DNA of 64,000 nt from an uncultured Actinomycetota bacterium. GTDB taxonomy: Bacteria; Actinomycetota; Actinomycetes; CAVWCF01. Positions 32,719-41,910 of this stretch are shown one piece after another; the stretch's first letter is position 1, and the number at the start of each line of letters is the position of its first letter. Under the pieces are notes generated by a model that was not told the origin of the DNA, searched no databases, and was given only the letters and a program-made list of their open reading frames with translations. Made by a program: the position numbers and the translations under genes. Location of the stretch: assembly GCA_963753435.1 (NCBI GenBank), contig CAVWCF010000001.1, forward strand, positions 608,001-672,000. The letters are read 5' to 3'.

Positions 32719-32788
32719 GTTTCAGTCGCTGTTGCGCTGTGTTTCGGTCACGTAAGCGAATGCTGACTTCGGGTTACGCGGCTGTTTC
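32719..32788 (-). promoter_or_regulatory. GlnR-box array upstream of amtB-glnK-glnD
   Basis: Minus strand GAAAC-n6-GTAAC-n5-GTCAG-n6-CTTAC-n6-GAAAC-n5-GCAAC-n7-GAAAC, about 11-bp period; matches the actinobacterial GlnR consensus GTnAC-n6-GAAAC. Confidence 0.75.
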
Positions 32789-32792
32789 GCGC

Positions 32793-33890
32793 CTATTCGG
32801 CCAGCAACGCGTCGACGAATTCCTCCGCTTCGAAGGCAGCCAGATCGTCCGGGCCTTCGCCAAGGCCGACGAACTTGACCGGGACTCCCAGCTCGCGCTG
32901 TACCGCGACCACGATTCCGCCCTTGGCGGTGCCGTCCAGTTTGGTCAGCACGACGCCCGTGACGTCCACCGATTCGGCGAAGACGCGGGCCTGCACCAGA
33001 CCGTTCTGGCCTGTGGTGGCGTCCAGGACCAGAAGGACTTCACGGATGGGCGCCTGCTTGCCCGCGACCCGTTGGACCTTGCCCAACTCGTCCATAAGGC
33101 CGGCCTTGGTGTGCAGCCGCCCGGCGGTATCGATGACTACTACGTCGGCGTTCGCGTCACGTCCGGCCGCTACAGCCGCAAAGGCGACACTCGCCGGATC
33201 GGCTCCATCAGCACCCCGCACCACCTCGGCACCGACCCGCTCCCCCCAAGTGCTCAGTTGCTCAGCTGCGGCCGCCCGGAAAGTGTCGGCCGCCCCAAGA
33301 ACCACGGACTTGTCATCGGCGATCAGCCAGCGAGCCAACTTGCCGGTCGTTGTGGTCTTGCCGGTGCCGTTTACGCCGACGATCAGGACTACCGCCGGGG
33401 ACCCGTCCAGGTTCAGGGATCGGTCGTCGGACTCCAGCATCTGCAGCAACTCGGCACGTAGCAGTTGCCGGATGGCGTCCGCGTCCCCGTCGCCCAGAAC
33501 CCGGAGCTGCGTTCGCAGTCGCTCCACCAGTTCGGCCGTTGGGCCCACGCCCATGTCGGCCAACAGCAGCAGGTCCTCGACGTCCTGCCATGCCTCGTCG
33601 TCCAGGGAATCGCGGGAGAGGAGACTCAGGAGGCCACGGCCGAGACCGCTTTGGGAGCGGGCCAGTCGCTGCCGAAGGCGGGCCAGCCGACCCGCTGCCG
33701 GGGCCGGGGCCTCAACCGTCGGGACTTGCGTCGCCGGCTCAACGAGGTCGACGTCGCCGCGATCGACGTCTTCCAACTGCGTCGGCGGTGCTGGTGGCGC
33801 CGGACGGCCGCGTCGCAGCCGCGGTACCACCAGGCCAGCAGCCAGCAGCAGGACGACGCCCACCACCACGAAAACAAGCAGGGTCTCCAT
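32793..33890 (-). CDS. ftsY: SRP receptor FtsY
   Basis: N-terminal TM segment, GVNGTGKTTT, DTFRAAA, DTAGR, TKLDGTAKGG. Confidence 0.96.
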   Translation of the reverse strand: METLLVFVVVGVVLLLAAGLVVPRLRRGRPAPPAPPTQLEDVDRGDVDLVEPATQVPTVEAPAPAAGRLARLRQRLARSQSGLGRGLLSLLSRDSLDDEAWQDVEDLLLLADMGVGPTAELVERLRTQLRVLGDGDADAIRQLLRAELLQMLESDDRSLNLDGSPAVVLIVGVNGTGKTTTTGKLARWLIADDKSVVLGAADTFRAAAAEQLSTWGERVGAEVVRGADGADPASVAFAAVAAGRDANADVVVIDTAGRLHTKAGLMDELGKVQRVAGKQAPIREVLLVLDATTGQNGLVQARVFAESVDVTGVVLTKLDGTAKGGIVVAVQRELGVPVKFVGLGEGPDDLAAFEAEEFVDALLAE

Positions 33891-33929
33891 GCCGATGATC
33901 CTCTCAGCCCGATGACACCCGTCTGCGGG

Positions 33930-36900
33930 TCAGGCCGGCTCGGCCTCCCGCAGCCGCTGGCTGATGACTGTGCTGACGCCGTCGCCGCGCATGCTCACGC
34001 CGTACAGGGCATCGGCTACTTCCATGGTCCGCTTCTGGTGGGTGATGACGATGAGCTGGCTGTTCTCGCGCAACTCCTCGTAGATGGTGAGCAGTCGTCC
34101 CAGGTTCGTATCGTCCAGGGCCGCCTCGACCTCATCCAGGATGTAGAACGGGCTGGGTCGGGCCTTGAAGAGGGCCACCAGGAACGCAACCGCAGTGAGG
34201 GAACGTTCACCACCGGACAGCAGTGACAACCGCTTGACCTTCTTGCCGGGTGGGCGTGCCTCTACCTCGATGCCGGAGTTGAGCAGGTCACCCGGCTCGG
34301 TCAGCACGAGGCGCCCTTCGCCACCGGGGAACAGCCGGGAGAAGACGTGCCTGAACTCACGCTCGACGTCGGCGTACGCCTCGGCGAACACCGCCTGAAT
34401 GCGATCGTCCACCTCGCGGACGATCTGCAGCAGGTCCCGCTTCGACCGCTTCAGGTCCTCCAGTTGCTCGGTGAGGAAACGGTGCCGCTCCTCCATCGCG
34501 CTGAACTCCTCCAGCGCCAACGGGTTGACGCGGCCGAGGAGGCGGAGATCCCGATCCGCCGCACGCGCTCGCTTCTCCTGCTCCGTGCGCACGTAAGGGC
34601 GGGGGCTGGCGTCCTCGGCCACCGGTTCGCCGTCAGCCGGCGCCGACGGGGGCACTGGCTGGTCAGGTCCGTATTCGGTGATCAAGGTGTCAGCGGCTAC
34701 CCCGAACTCCTCCAGCGACCGCTGCTCGACTTGCTCGATCCGGAGTCGCTGCTCGGCCCGGGCCACCTCGTCGCGGTGCACCGAGTCGGTCAGCTCCGTC
34801 AGTTCCTGCGCCACGGCGCGCAGCCGCTGGCGGACCTGGACAAGTTCGCTTGCCAGCCCTTGGCCATCGGCGGACAACTCCCGGCGGCGCCGGTCGGCCG
34901 CGGCCAGCGAATCCGCCAGGCGATCCATGAGCACATTGGTCCCCGCCAGCACTGCTGCGGCCACGACCACATCACGGGCGGCCCGCTGCCGCCTGGCAAT
35001 GGCATCAGCGCGGGCCCGCCGCTCGGCGGCCGCGGCCGCCTCCAACTGACCGGCCCGACCGGCCAGAGACCGGGCGCGCTCCTCCAGCGTCCGCAGCCGC
35101 AGCCGCGCTTCGACCTCTTCTGCCCGTGCCGCCGTTGCGGCCACGGCCAGGCGGTCGCGTTCGGCCACCGAAGGCTCGGCATGCTCGGCCGACTCCGCCT
35201 GCGTCAGCCGAGCGGTTAGTTCGGCCACCGCCGACTCATCAGCCTGCAGGGCTGTCTCCGCTGCCTCCCGCCCCTCCGCCACCCGGTGGGCCTCGGCCGC
35301 AGCCGCACGGGCCGAGGCGCCCAGATGCGCCAACTGCTCGGCGACCGCCGACATCCGGGCATCGGACTCGTTCAACTGCTGCAACGCGGCCTCCACCGCC
35401 GCGGCCGCGTCGGCCACCGTCGACTCAGCAGCAGTGAGCGCGAATCGAGCCCGTTCCAGCCGGGCGGTTGCCTGGGTCAGTCGAGCGGCCGCCTCGTCTA
35501 CTGCAGCAGCGGCTTCGATGGCGGAGCGACCAGAAGCCGAACCGCCGGTGACGGTGTAGGCGCTGATGCGGTCACCGTCGGCGGTGACCGCCACCAGGTC
35601 GGGGTCGGCCGCAATCAGCCGCCGCGCGGACCCGGTATCCGTGGCGATGGCGACTCCTGCGAGCAGTCGCCGCAATCCGGCCATGAGATCAGCAGGGGCG
35701 TCGATCGAGTCGATGACCCAACGCGTGCCGGCCGGTGGCGCCCCGGCGTTAGGTGAAGTCGCAACATCGGGTGCGCCAGCTACGAGTAGTCCGGCTCGGC
35801 CCGCATCGGCCTCCTTCAACACCGCCAGGGCCTCGATGGCCGTGCCCAGGTCGGCGACCGCGATCGCGTCCGCCAGGGGGCCGAGTGCGGCGGCGACCGC
35901 CGCCTCGTCACCGGCGCGGACCTGGATCAACTCCGCGACGGTGCCGCGCACCCCGGCGAGGCGGCCCTCCGGAGCCAGCAGCGCTCCCGAACCGTCGCGC
36001 CGGGCCAGGCTCGACCGCAGCGCCTCGTGGCGTGCCTCCCACGCCGAACGGTCCTTCTCGGCGGCGTTCAGCTCATCGCGGCAGTTTCGAGCGGACTGCT
36101 CGGCCGCACTCAGTGCAGCCGCAGCCTGAGCGTGTTCGGAATCCAGGTCGATTTCGCCGTCGTCGAGCCCCGCCACCTGGGCTTCGAGCGCGGCAAAGTC
36201 CGACTGCGCCGAGCGCGCTCGCTCCTGTGCCTCCTCATGCGCCCGGACCAGGCGGTCGATCTCGGCTTGGCGGGCTTCGACGCGCGATCGAGCCGCGGCG
36301 ACCTGGCCGGACAGCCGGGCAAGTCCCTCCCGCCGATCGGCGGCCGCCTGCAGGGCGGCAGCGACCCGGCGCTCCTCGGCGGAGTGCTCATCCTCGGCGG
36401 TGCCACGCACCTGCTCGGCCTGGCTCAGCTCGGACGCGGCAGTGCTGATCCGGTCGGTGAGGGCCTGCTCCTCCGACCGGACCCGCGCCGCTTCGGCGTC
36501 CAGCTCGCCCGGGTCCCGACCGGGGCGGTCCGGTTCGGCGGCCACTTCGCTCAGGTGGCGACGGCGTTCCGCCGCCAACGACGCAAGGCCGGTGACCCGC
36601 TCGTTGAGGCTCTGGAGCCGGAACCAGATCTCCTGCGCGGCCGCCACGGTAACGGCGAGTTCCGCCTCGCGGGCTTCCAGTAGGGATTCACGTTCCCGCA
36701 TGGACGTGGACTCGGCCTCGGCTGCGGCCCGGCGCTCACGCAGCGCGGTCTCGTCGGCAACCTCGGCGGCCAACTCCGACCGCAACGCCAGCAAGTCGTC
36801 GGCCAACAGGCGCAACCGGGCATCGCGCAAATCCGCCTGAATGACCGAAGCTCGGCGAGCGATCTCGGCCTGCCGCCCGAGCGGCTTCAGTTGCCGACGC

Positions 36901-37493
36901 AACTCGGTGGTCAGGTCGGTTAGGCGGGTGAGGTTGCCTTCCATGCTGTCCAGCTTCCGCAGCGCCTTCTCCTTGCGCTTGCGGTGCTTCAGGACGCCGG
37001 CGGCCTCCTCGACGAAACCACGCCGCTCCTCCGGCCCGGCAGACAGGACGGCGTCCAACTGCCCCTGGCCGACGATGACGTGCATCTCGCGACCGATCCC
37101 GGAGTCGCTGAGAAGCTCCTGGATGTCCAACAGCCGGCAGGCCTCACCGTTTATGAAGTACTCCGAGCCGCCGTTGCGGAACATGATCCGCGACAGGGTC
37201 ACTTCGGTGTAGTCGATGGGCAGGGAACCGTCGGAGTTGTCGATCGTGAGGATCACCTCGGCCCGCCCCAGCGGTGCTCTGCCGGAGGTCCCCGCGAAGA
37301 TGACGTCTTCCATCTTGCCGCCGCGCAGCGACTTGGCGCCCTGCTCGCCCATCACCCAGGCGATCGCGTCTACGACGTTCGACTTGCCCGAACCATTGGG
37401 TCCGACGACTGCGGTTACCCCCGGCTCAAAGCGCAGGGTCGTAGACGAAGCGAACGACTTGAACCCACGAAGGGTGAGGCTCTTCAGATGCAC
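33930..37493 (-). CDS. smc: Chromosome segregation protein SMC
   Basis: GFKSFA, GPNGSGKSN, long coiled coils and hinge, LSGGE, LDEVEAALD, ITH. Confidence 0.97.
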   Translation of the reverse strand: MHLKSLTLRGFKSFASSTTLRFEPGVTAVVGPNGSGKSNVVDAIAWVMGEQGAKSLRGGKMEDVIFAGTSGRAPLGRAEVILTIDNSDGSLPIDYTEVTLSRIMFRNGGSEYFINGEACRLLDIQELLSDSGIGREMHVIVGQGQLDAVLSAGPEERRGFVEEAAGVLKHRKRKEKALRKLDSMEGNLTRLTDLTTELRRQLKPLGRQAEIARRASVIQADLRDARLRLLADDLLALRSELAAEVADETALRERRAAAEAESTSMRERESLLEAREAELAVTVAAAQEIWFRLQSLNERVTGLASLAAERRRHLSEVAAEPDRPGRDPGELDAEAARVRSEEQALTDRISTAASELSQAEQVRGTAEDEHSAEERRVAAALQAAADRREGLARLSGQVAAARSRVEARQAEIDRLVRAHEEAQERARSAQSDFAALEAQVAGLDDGEIDLDSEHAQAAAALSAAEQSARNCRDELNAAEKDRSAWEARHEALRSSLARRDGSGALLAPEGRLAGVRGTVAELIQVRAGDEAAVAAALGPLADAIAVADLGTAIEALAVLKEADAGRAGLLVAGAPDVATSPNAGAPPAGTRWVIDSIDAPADLMAGLRRLLAGVAIATDTGSARRLIAADPDLVAVTADGDRISAYTVTGGSASGRSAIEAAAAVDEAAARLTQATARLERARFALTAAESTVADAAAAVEAALQQLNESDARMSAVAEQLAHLGASARAAAAEAHRVAEGREAAETALQADESAVAELTARLTQAESAEHAEPSVAERDRLAVAATAARAEEVEARLRLRTLEERARSLAGRAGQLEAAAAAERRARADAIARRQRAARDVVVAAAVLAGTNVLMDRLADSLAAADRRRRELSADGQGLASELVQVRQRLRAVAQELTELTDSVHRDEVARAEQRLRIEQVEQRSLEEFGVAADTLITEYGPDQPVPPSAPADGEPVAEDASPRPYVRTEQEKRARAADRDLRLLGRVNPLALEEFSAMEERHRFLTEQLEDLKRSKRDLLQIVREVDDRIQAVFAEAYADVEREFRHVFSRLFPGGEGRLVLTEPGDLLNSGIEVEARPPGKKVKRLSLLSGGERSLTAVAFLVALFKARPSPFYILDEVEAALDDTNLGRLLTIYEELRENSQLIVITHQKRTMEVADALYGVSMRGDGVSTVISQRLREAEPA

Positions 37494-37597
37494 GTAAAGG
37501 CTCCCGGCCCGAGCGGCGTTGACACCGGGGAAGTGGGCTGAACCCTACCCATGCCGTCCGGACATCCTGAGCAGGCGCACGGGGGTAAAGCCAGGAC

Positions 37598-37801
37598 TCA
37601 GGTGAGAGCCGGCTCCCGGTCGCTCAGTTCCGCTTCGAGAAGCAGTTCGGGCTCCTCGGACAGGGTGGTGAGTTCACCGTTCAGGGCACGCAAACGGGCG
37701 ACTTCGTCCTCCAGCGCCGTGATCCGGCGCCGAAGCGCCGTCAACTCGGCGGCAACCAGCGGATCGGGTCCCCCCAGGTGACCCAGCAAGGCCTTGGCCA
37801 T
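37598..37801 (-). CDS. Small coiled-coil hypothetical protein
   Basis: MAKALLGHLGGPDPLVAAELTALRRRITALEDEVARLRALNGEL; GAGGAG SD; heptad pattern. Confidence 0.75.
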   Translation of the reverse strand: MAKALLGHLGGPDPLVAAELTALRRRITALEDEVARLRALNGELTTLSEEPELLLEAELSDREPALT

Positions 37802-37932
37802 GCGGTCCTACTCCTCAAGAACGTGTAACCACGACAGGAACGGTTCCTGCACGTTGCCAGCCCAGATCGTTGCCCAGGTGGGCCAGATCCGAATGGGCTA
37901 GCGCAAACGCGCTTGGTGCAGATTGGTTGAAA

Positions 37933-37961
37933 AGTGTCCCACTCGCCGAATTCCGGGTCAA
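37933..37961 (-). promoter_or_regulatory. Sigma-A-type promoter giving a leader of about 125 nt
   Basis: TTGACC (37961-56), N17, GACACT (37938-33). Confidence 0.6.
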
Positions 37962-37969
37962 GCGGCCGT

Positions 37970-38830
37970 CTAGGGACGGCCGGGCCGCTGACACCTGGGA
38001 CAGAAGTAGGAGGAGCGGTTCATGAAGCGATCCCGGCGGATGGGGGTCCCGCACCGAGGGCACGGCCGGTCAGCCTGGCCGTAGACGGACAGGGACCTGT
38101 CGAACCAGCCGCTCTGCCCGTTCACGTTGACGTAGAGGGCATCGAAGGACGTCCCACCGGCGGCCAAAGCCTCAGCCATCACCGCCACCGCGGACTCCAG
38201 CAGCGTCGCGACAGCCCGCCGGGGCAGCCGATCCGCGCTTCGGTCGTAGTGGATGCGCGCCCGCCATAGCGCCTCATCGGCGTAGATGTTGCCGATGCCG
38301 GAGACGACCGTCTGGTCGAGCAGGACGCGCTTGATGCCTCGTCGCGATCCCCGGATCTGCCTGGTGACGGCGTCCAGGTCGAAGTCCGGATCGAACGGGT
38401 CGCGGGCGATGTGCCGGACCGGAACCGGCAAGCCGGCGTCGGCATCGACGACCGTGAGGCCGCCGAACGTGCGCTGGTCGGTGAAACGCAGGTGCGGTCC
38501 GGCCCCATCGAGGTCCACGACGACGCGCACGTGCGGACCGAGGTCTGCGCCGGAACCGACTCCCGACGCGTCAGACAGGAGCATCTGACCGCTCATGCCC
38601 AGGTGGGCTAGAAGCGCCTCATCCGTCTCGGCCAGCGGGAACCACAGGTACTTGCCGCGTCGCCGCGGTTCGGCCAGCACCTGCCCGATCAGGCGATGCT
38701 CGAACTCCGCGGCGCCGCCGGGTTGGCGCCGAACCGCGCGTGGATGCAGCACCCGGACCGCCCGCACCCGGCGGCCCGCCAGCGGCAGCAGCCCGGCCCG
38801 GACCACCTCGACCTCGGGCAACTCCGGCAT
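37970..38830 (-). CDS. mutM: Formamidopyrimidine-DNA glycosylase
   Basis: [39 protein letters not shown] zinc finger. Confidence 0.96.
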   Translation of the reverse strand: MPELPEVEVVRAGLLPLAGRRVRAVRVLHPRAVRRQPGGAAEFEHRLIGQVLAEPRRRGKYLWFPLAETDEALLAHLGMSGQMLLSDASGVGSGADLGPHVRVVVDLDGAGPHLRFTDQRTFGGLTVVDADAGLPVPVRHIARDPFDPDFDLDAVTRQIRGSRRGIKRVLLDQTVVSGIGNIYADEALWRARIHYDRSADRLPRRAVATLLESAVAVMAEALAAGGTSFDALYVNVNGQSGWFDRSLSVYGQADRPCPRCGTPIRRDRFMNRSSYFCPRCQRPGRP

Positions 38831-39540
38831 CAGTCGGGATTCTTGTCCGCAGCGGAGAGAACCTGGAAGGCGGTTGCCGCGGCTTGCTGTTCGGCGTCCT
38901 TCTTGGAGCTGCCCCGGCCGGCACCCAGGCTCGATCCGCCGACCACGGCGTGCGCCTCGAAGACCTTCGCATGGTCCGGGCCGGTCTCGGTGATGCGGTA
39001 ATTGGGCACCCCCAAGCCGCGCTCGGCGGTGAGTTCCTGCAGTGAGGTCTTCCAGTCCAGTCCAGCGCCGACCTGGACCGCACGCTCGATCAGGGGGTCG
39101 TAGAGGCGCTGGATCAACTCGGTCGCCGCCGTCAGCCCCGCCTCGACATACACCGAGCCGATTACCGCTTCCATCGCATCCGCGAGGATGGAGGCCTTCT
39201 GCCGCCCGCCCGTGGTCTCTTCACCGCGGCCCAGCAGCAGGTAAGCGCCCAGATTCAACTCGGTGGCCACCTCGGCGCAAGCCCGCATGTTCACGACGCC
39301 GGCCCGCAACTTGGCCAGGTCGCCCTCCGCCAGATCGGGGTGGGCCCGGAAGAGGCGGTCGGTGACCACGAGCCCCAGAACGGCGTCGCCGAGGAACTCC
39401 AACCGTTCGTTGGTTGGCAGCCCGCCGTTCTCGTACGCGTAGGAGCGATGGGTCAGCGCGCGGTTGAGGGCCTCGTCGCTCAGATTGACGCCGAGGCGAG
39501 TGCGCAGCTCTTGCAGGAGCGGCTCAGCTGAACCGCTCAG
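38830..39540 (-). CDS. rnc: Ribonuclease III
   Basis: [28 protein letters not shown], ds[11 protein letters not shown]...SKKDAEQ; probable CTG start at 39540 overlapping the rpmF TGA. Confidence 0.93.
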   Translation of the reverse strand: MSGSAEPLLQELRTRLGVNLSDEALNRALTHRSYAYENGGLPTNERLEFLGDAVLGLVVTDRLFRAHPDLAEGDLAKLRAGVVNMRACAEVATELNLGAYLLLGRGEETTGGRQKASILADAMEAVIGSVYVEAGLTAATELIQRLYDPLIERAVQVGAGLDWKTSLQELTAERGLGVPNYRITETGPDHAKVFEAHAVVGGSSLGAGRGSSKKDAEQQAAATAFQVLSAADKNPD

Positions 39541-39710
39541 ACGTCCAGCACCTGGCGCTTGTTGTAGGTGCCGCAAGTGGGGCACGCCACGTGGGGCAGC
39601 CGCGGCTCACGGCAGCGCTCGCACGCGACCAGGGTCGGGGCGGTCGCCTTCCACTGCGCGCGGCGGTGCCGGGTGTTGCTGCGCGAAACCTTCCGCTTCG
39701 GGACGGCCAT
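39537..39710 (-). CDS. rpmF: 50S ribosomal protein L32
   Basis: Not in ORF track; [57 protein letters not shown]. Confidence 0.95.
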   Translation of the reverse strand: MAVPKRKVSRSNTRHRRAQWKATAPTLVACERCREPRLPHVACPTCGTYNKRQVLDV

Positions 39711-39713
39711 CTC

Positions 39714-40250
39714 TCAGCGCTCCTCGTCGTTCAACAGTTCAGCAAGGGCGGACCACCGGGGGTCCGTCCGTTCGTGCCGATGGTCGGGATCATCGGCCAG
39801 GCGCACCCCGCACTCGGGGCACAGACCCGGACAATCCTCCCGGCAAAGCGGCTGCAAAGGAAGCGCCAGCACGATCGCGTCCCGCAGCGTTGGCTCCAGG
39901 TCAAACAGCGTGTCCTGCAGCCGTGCGGCCTCGACGTCGTCCGGGTGCGTGTCCTGGTACAGGAACATCTCCTGCAGGTCGAAGTCGCGCTCAGTGTCGA
40001 TCGGGTCCAGACACCGGACGCATTCTCCGCGTACCGGTGCGTGCACCGTCCCTGACATCCACACGCCCTCGACCACCGACTCACATTGCAGTCGGCCCGC
40101 CAGCTCAGCCCCTTCCGGGACCCCGATGACGTCATTGCCAAGACCCGCCGGCGCCGGAGCTAGGACATCGAAGGACCTCATGGCGCCTGGACGGCGACCG
40201 AGGTCCCGGGTGTCGATGACCAGGGGTGCGCGAGGGTCTAAGGCGACCAC
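39714..40250 (-). CDS. YceD/DUF177 family protein
   Basis: ECVRCL, DLEPTLRDAIVLALP.QPLCREDCPGLCPECG, DPRWSAL; upstream of rpmF. Confidence 0.92.
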   Translation of the reverse strand: MVALDPRAPLVIDTRDLGRRPGAMRSFDVLAPAPAGLGNDVIGVPEGAELAGRLQCESVVEGVWMSGTVHAPVRGECVRCLDPIDTERDFDLQEMFLYQDTHPDDVEAARLQDTLFDLEPTLRDAIVLALPLQPLCREDCPGLCPECGVRLADDPDHRHERTDPRWSALAELLNDEER

Positions 40251-40350
40251 GCGATCCTCCGCAACAACGCAAGCGGCCCCGACAAGAGGCCGAGCGCAGG
40301 GTACTCCACGCCCGCCCGCCGGCCCAACTCAGCGGCTCGGCGCTCTGGAC

Positions 40351-40848
40351 TCAGTGCTCCGGGAGCGGGTCGCTGCTGTCGGCGAAGTCCTCATCTCCGA
40401 ACCCGCCGGGCGCCCCGAGCCGGTCCCGAGCACGATCGACTGTCTCCAGCGTGCGCTGCAGCGCCACCTGGAATTGCGCCAACCGCGCGTCGATGTATTC
40501 ATCCGTCTCCGCACGCTGGCGGTCGAGCTCTTCCTGTGTCGCCTGCCGCAGCTGGCCCGCCTCGTCGCGGGCCGCTCGCATGATCTCGCTATCGGACACC
40601 AGAGCGCTGGCGTGCGCGCGCGCCCCGTTGAGCAGTTCCTCGGCTTCGCCACGCGCTGCCTCCAGGACCGACTCCCGGTCCTCAAGCAGCGCCGAGGCCT
40701 GCGTGATCTCGCTGGGCAACCCGGCTCGGATCTCATCGAGCAGTTCCAGTGCCTCGGTGCGGTTGACCACGCAGGAAGCGGACAACGGCATGGCCCGGGC
40801 TTCCTCCACCATCCGAGTCAGCCGATCCAGGCTCACCTCAACGTTCAT
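40351..40848 (-). CDS. Coiled-coil protein, SepIVA/DivIVA-like, conserved between coaD and DUF177
   Basis: VEEARAMPLSASCVVNR.E.L.LLDEIR..LP; helical Ala/Glu/Arg-rich sequence. Confidence 0.75.
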   Translation of the reverse strand: MNVEVSLDRLTRMVEEARAMPLSASCVVNRTEALELLDEIRAGLPSEITQASALLEDRESVLEAARGEAEELLNGARAHASALVSDSEIMRAARDEAGQLRQATQEELDRQRAETDEYIDARLAQFQVALQRTLETVDRARDRLGAPGGFGDEDFADSSDPLPEH

Positions 40849-41335
40849 CACGACCTCCGGTCTGTCCCAGTCGCTGGCTCAAGGCCGCAGCGACGGCATC
40901 GGGCACCAGCCCTGTCACATCGCCGCCATGGCGACCGACTTCCTTGATGAGACTCGACGACAGGAACGAGTACTCCGGCGTTGTTGGAATGAAGAGCGTG
41001 TCGACGCCCGCGAGCCGGTGGTTCATCTGCGCCATCTGCTGCTCGTAGTCGAAGTCGGAAATGGCGCGCAGGCCCTTCACAATCGCCTGGATGTCGTGGG
41101 ATCGGCAGAAGTCGACCAGCAGCCCGGCGAACGAGTCGACCGAGACGCCGGGAAGGTGCGCGGTGACCTGCTGCAGCAACTCGATGCGCTCTTCGACGCT
41201 GAACAGACCCTGCTTCTTCTCGTTCACCAGGACCGCGACAACGACCTCGTCGGACAGCGAGGCGGCGCGCTCGATGATGTCGAGGTGTCCGTTGGTGACC
41301 GGGTCGAAGGACCCGGGGCAGACCACCCTGCGCAC
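40838..41335 (-). CDS. coaD: Phosphopantetheine adenylyltransferase
   Basis: VCPGSFDPVTNGHLDIIERA, VKGLRAISDFDYE, FLSSSLIKEV; GTG 41335. Confidence 0.96.
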   Translation of the reverse strand: MRRVVCPGSFDPVTNGHLDIIERAASLSDEVVVAVLVNEKKQGLFSVEERIELLQQVTAHLPGVSVDSFAGLLVDFCRSHDIQAIVKGLRAISDFDYEQQMAQMNHRLAGVDTLFIPTTPEYSFLSSSLIKEVGRHGGDVTGLVPDAVAAALSQRLGQTGGRDER

Positions 41336-41358
41336 GCGCGCTCCCTCCGGCAGCCGTC

Positions 41359-41910
41359 CTAGGCCGCGCGACCGTACCAGAGCACGGTGTCGCCGTAACG
41401 GCGTTCGTCCACGGCCGCCAATGGCGGCGGCCACTGCACCTGCTGTCCCCGCGGACGCTCGAGCGTGACAAGCGCGTCGGGGCGCAGCCACCCGTGGACA
41501 AGCTGCCCCAGGAACTCCGACACCGCCTCCTCGGTCATCGCGTAGGGCGGGTCGGCCAACACCACATCGAATGCGGAGTCAGGTCGATCGGCCAGGTACC
41601 GCTGCACCGGCACCGCGGCGACCGTCGCACCGGGCAACCCCACGGTGTCCACGTTTCGCTGCAGTACGCGCACTACCGCCTTGGCTGACTCCACCAGGAC
41701 AACCGCGTCGGCACCACGGGACAACGCCTCCAGACCCAGTGCCCCAGATCCAGCGAAGAGATCCAGCACGCGCAGCCCGGCGAAACCACCGCACTTCGCC
41801 ACCAAGGTCGAGAACATCGCCTCGCGCACTCGATCCGTGGTGGGGCGGGTTCCAGTGGGTGGAACCTGCAGCCGACGCCCACGGGCCGCGCCGGCGATGA
41901 TCCTGGTCAC
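41359..41910 (-). CDS. rsmD: 16S rRNA (G966)-N2 methyltransferase RsmD
   Basis: RIIAG..RGR, RPTTDRVREA, LDLFAGSGALGLEALSRGA, DPPY, YGDT. Confidence 0.95.
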   Translation of the reverse strand: MTRIIAGAARGRRLQVPPTGTRPTTDRVREAMFSTLVAKCGGFAGLRVLDLFAGSGALGLEALSRGADAVVLVESAKAVVRVLQRNVDTVGLPGATVAAVPVQRYLADRPDSAFDVVLADPPYAMTEEAVSEFLGQLVHGWLRPDALVTLERPRGQQVQWPPPLAAVDERRYGDTVLWYGRAA

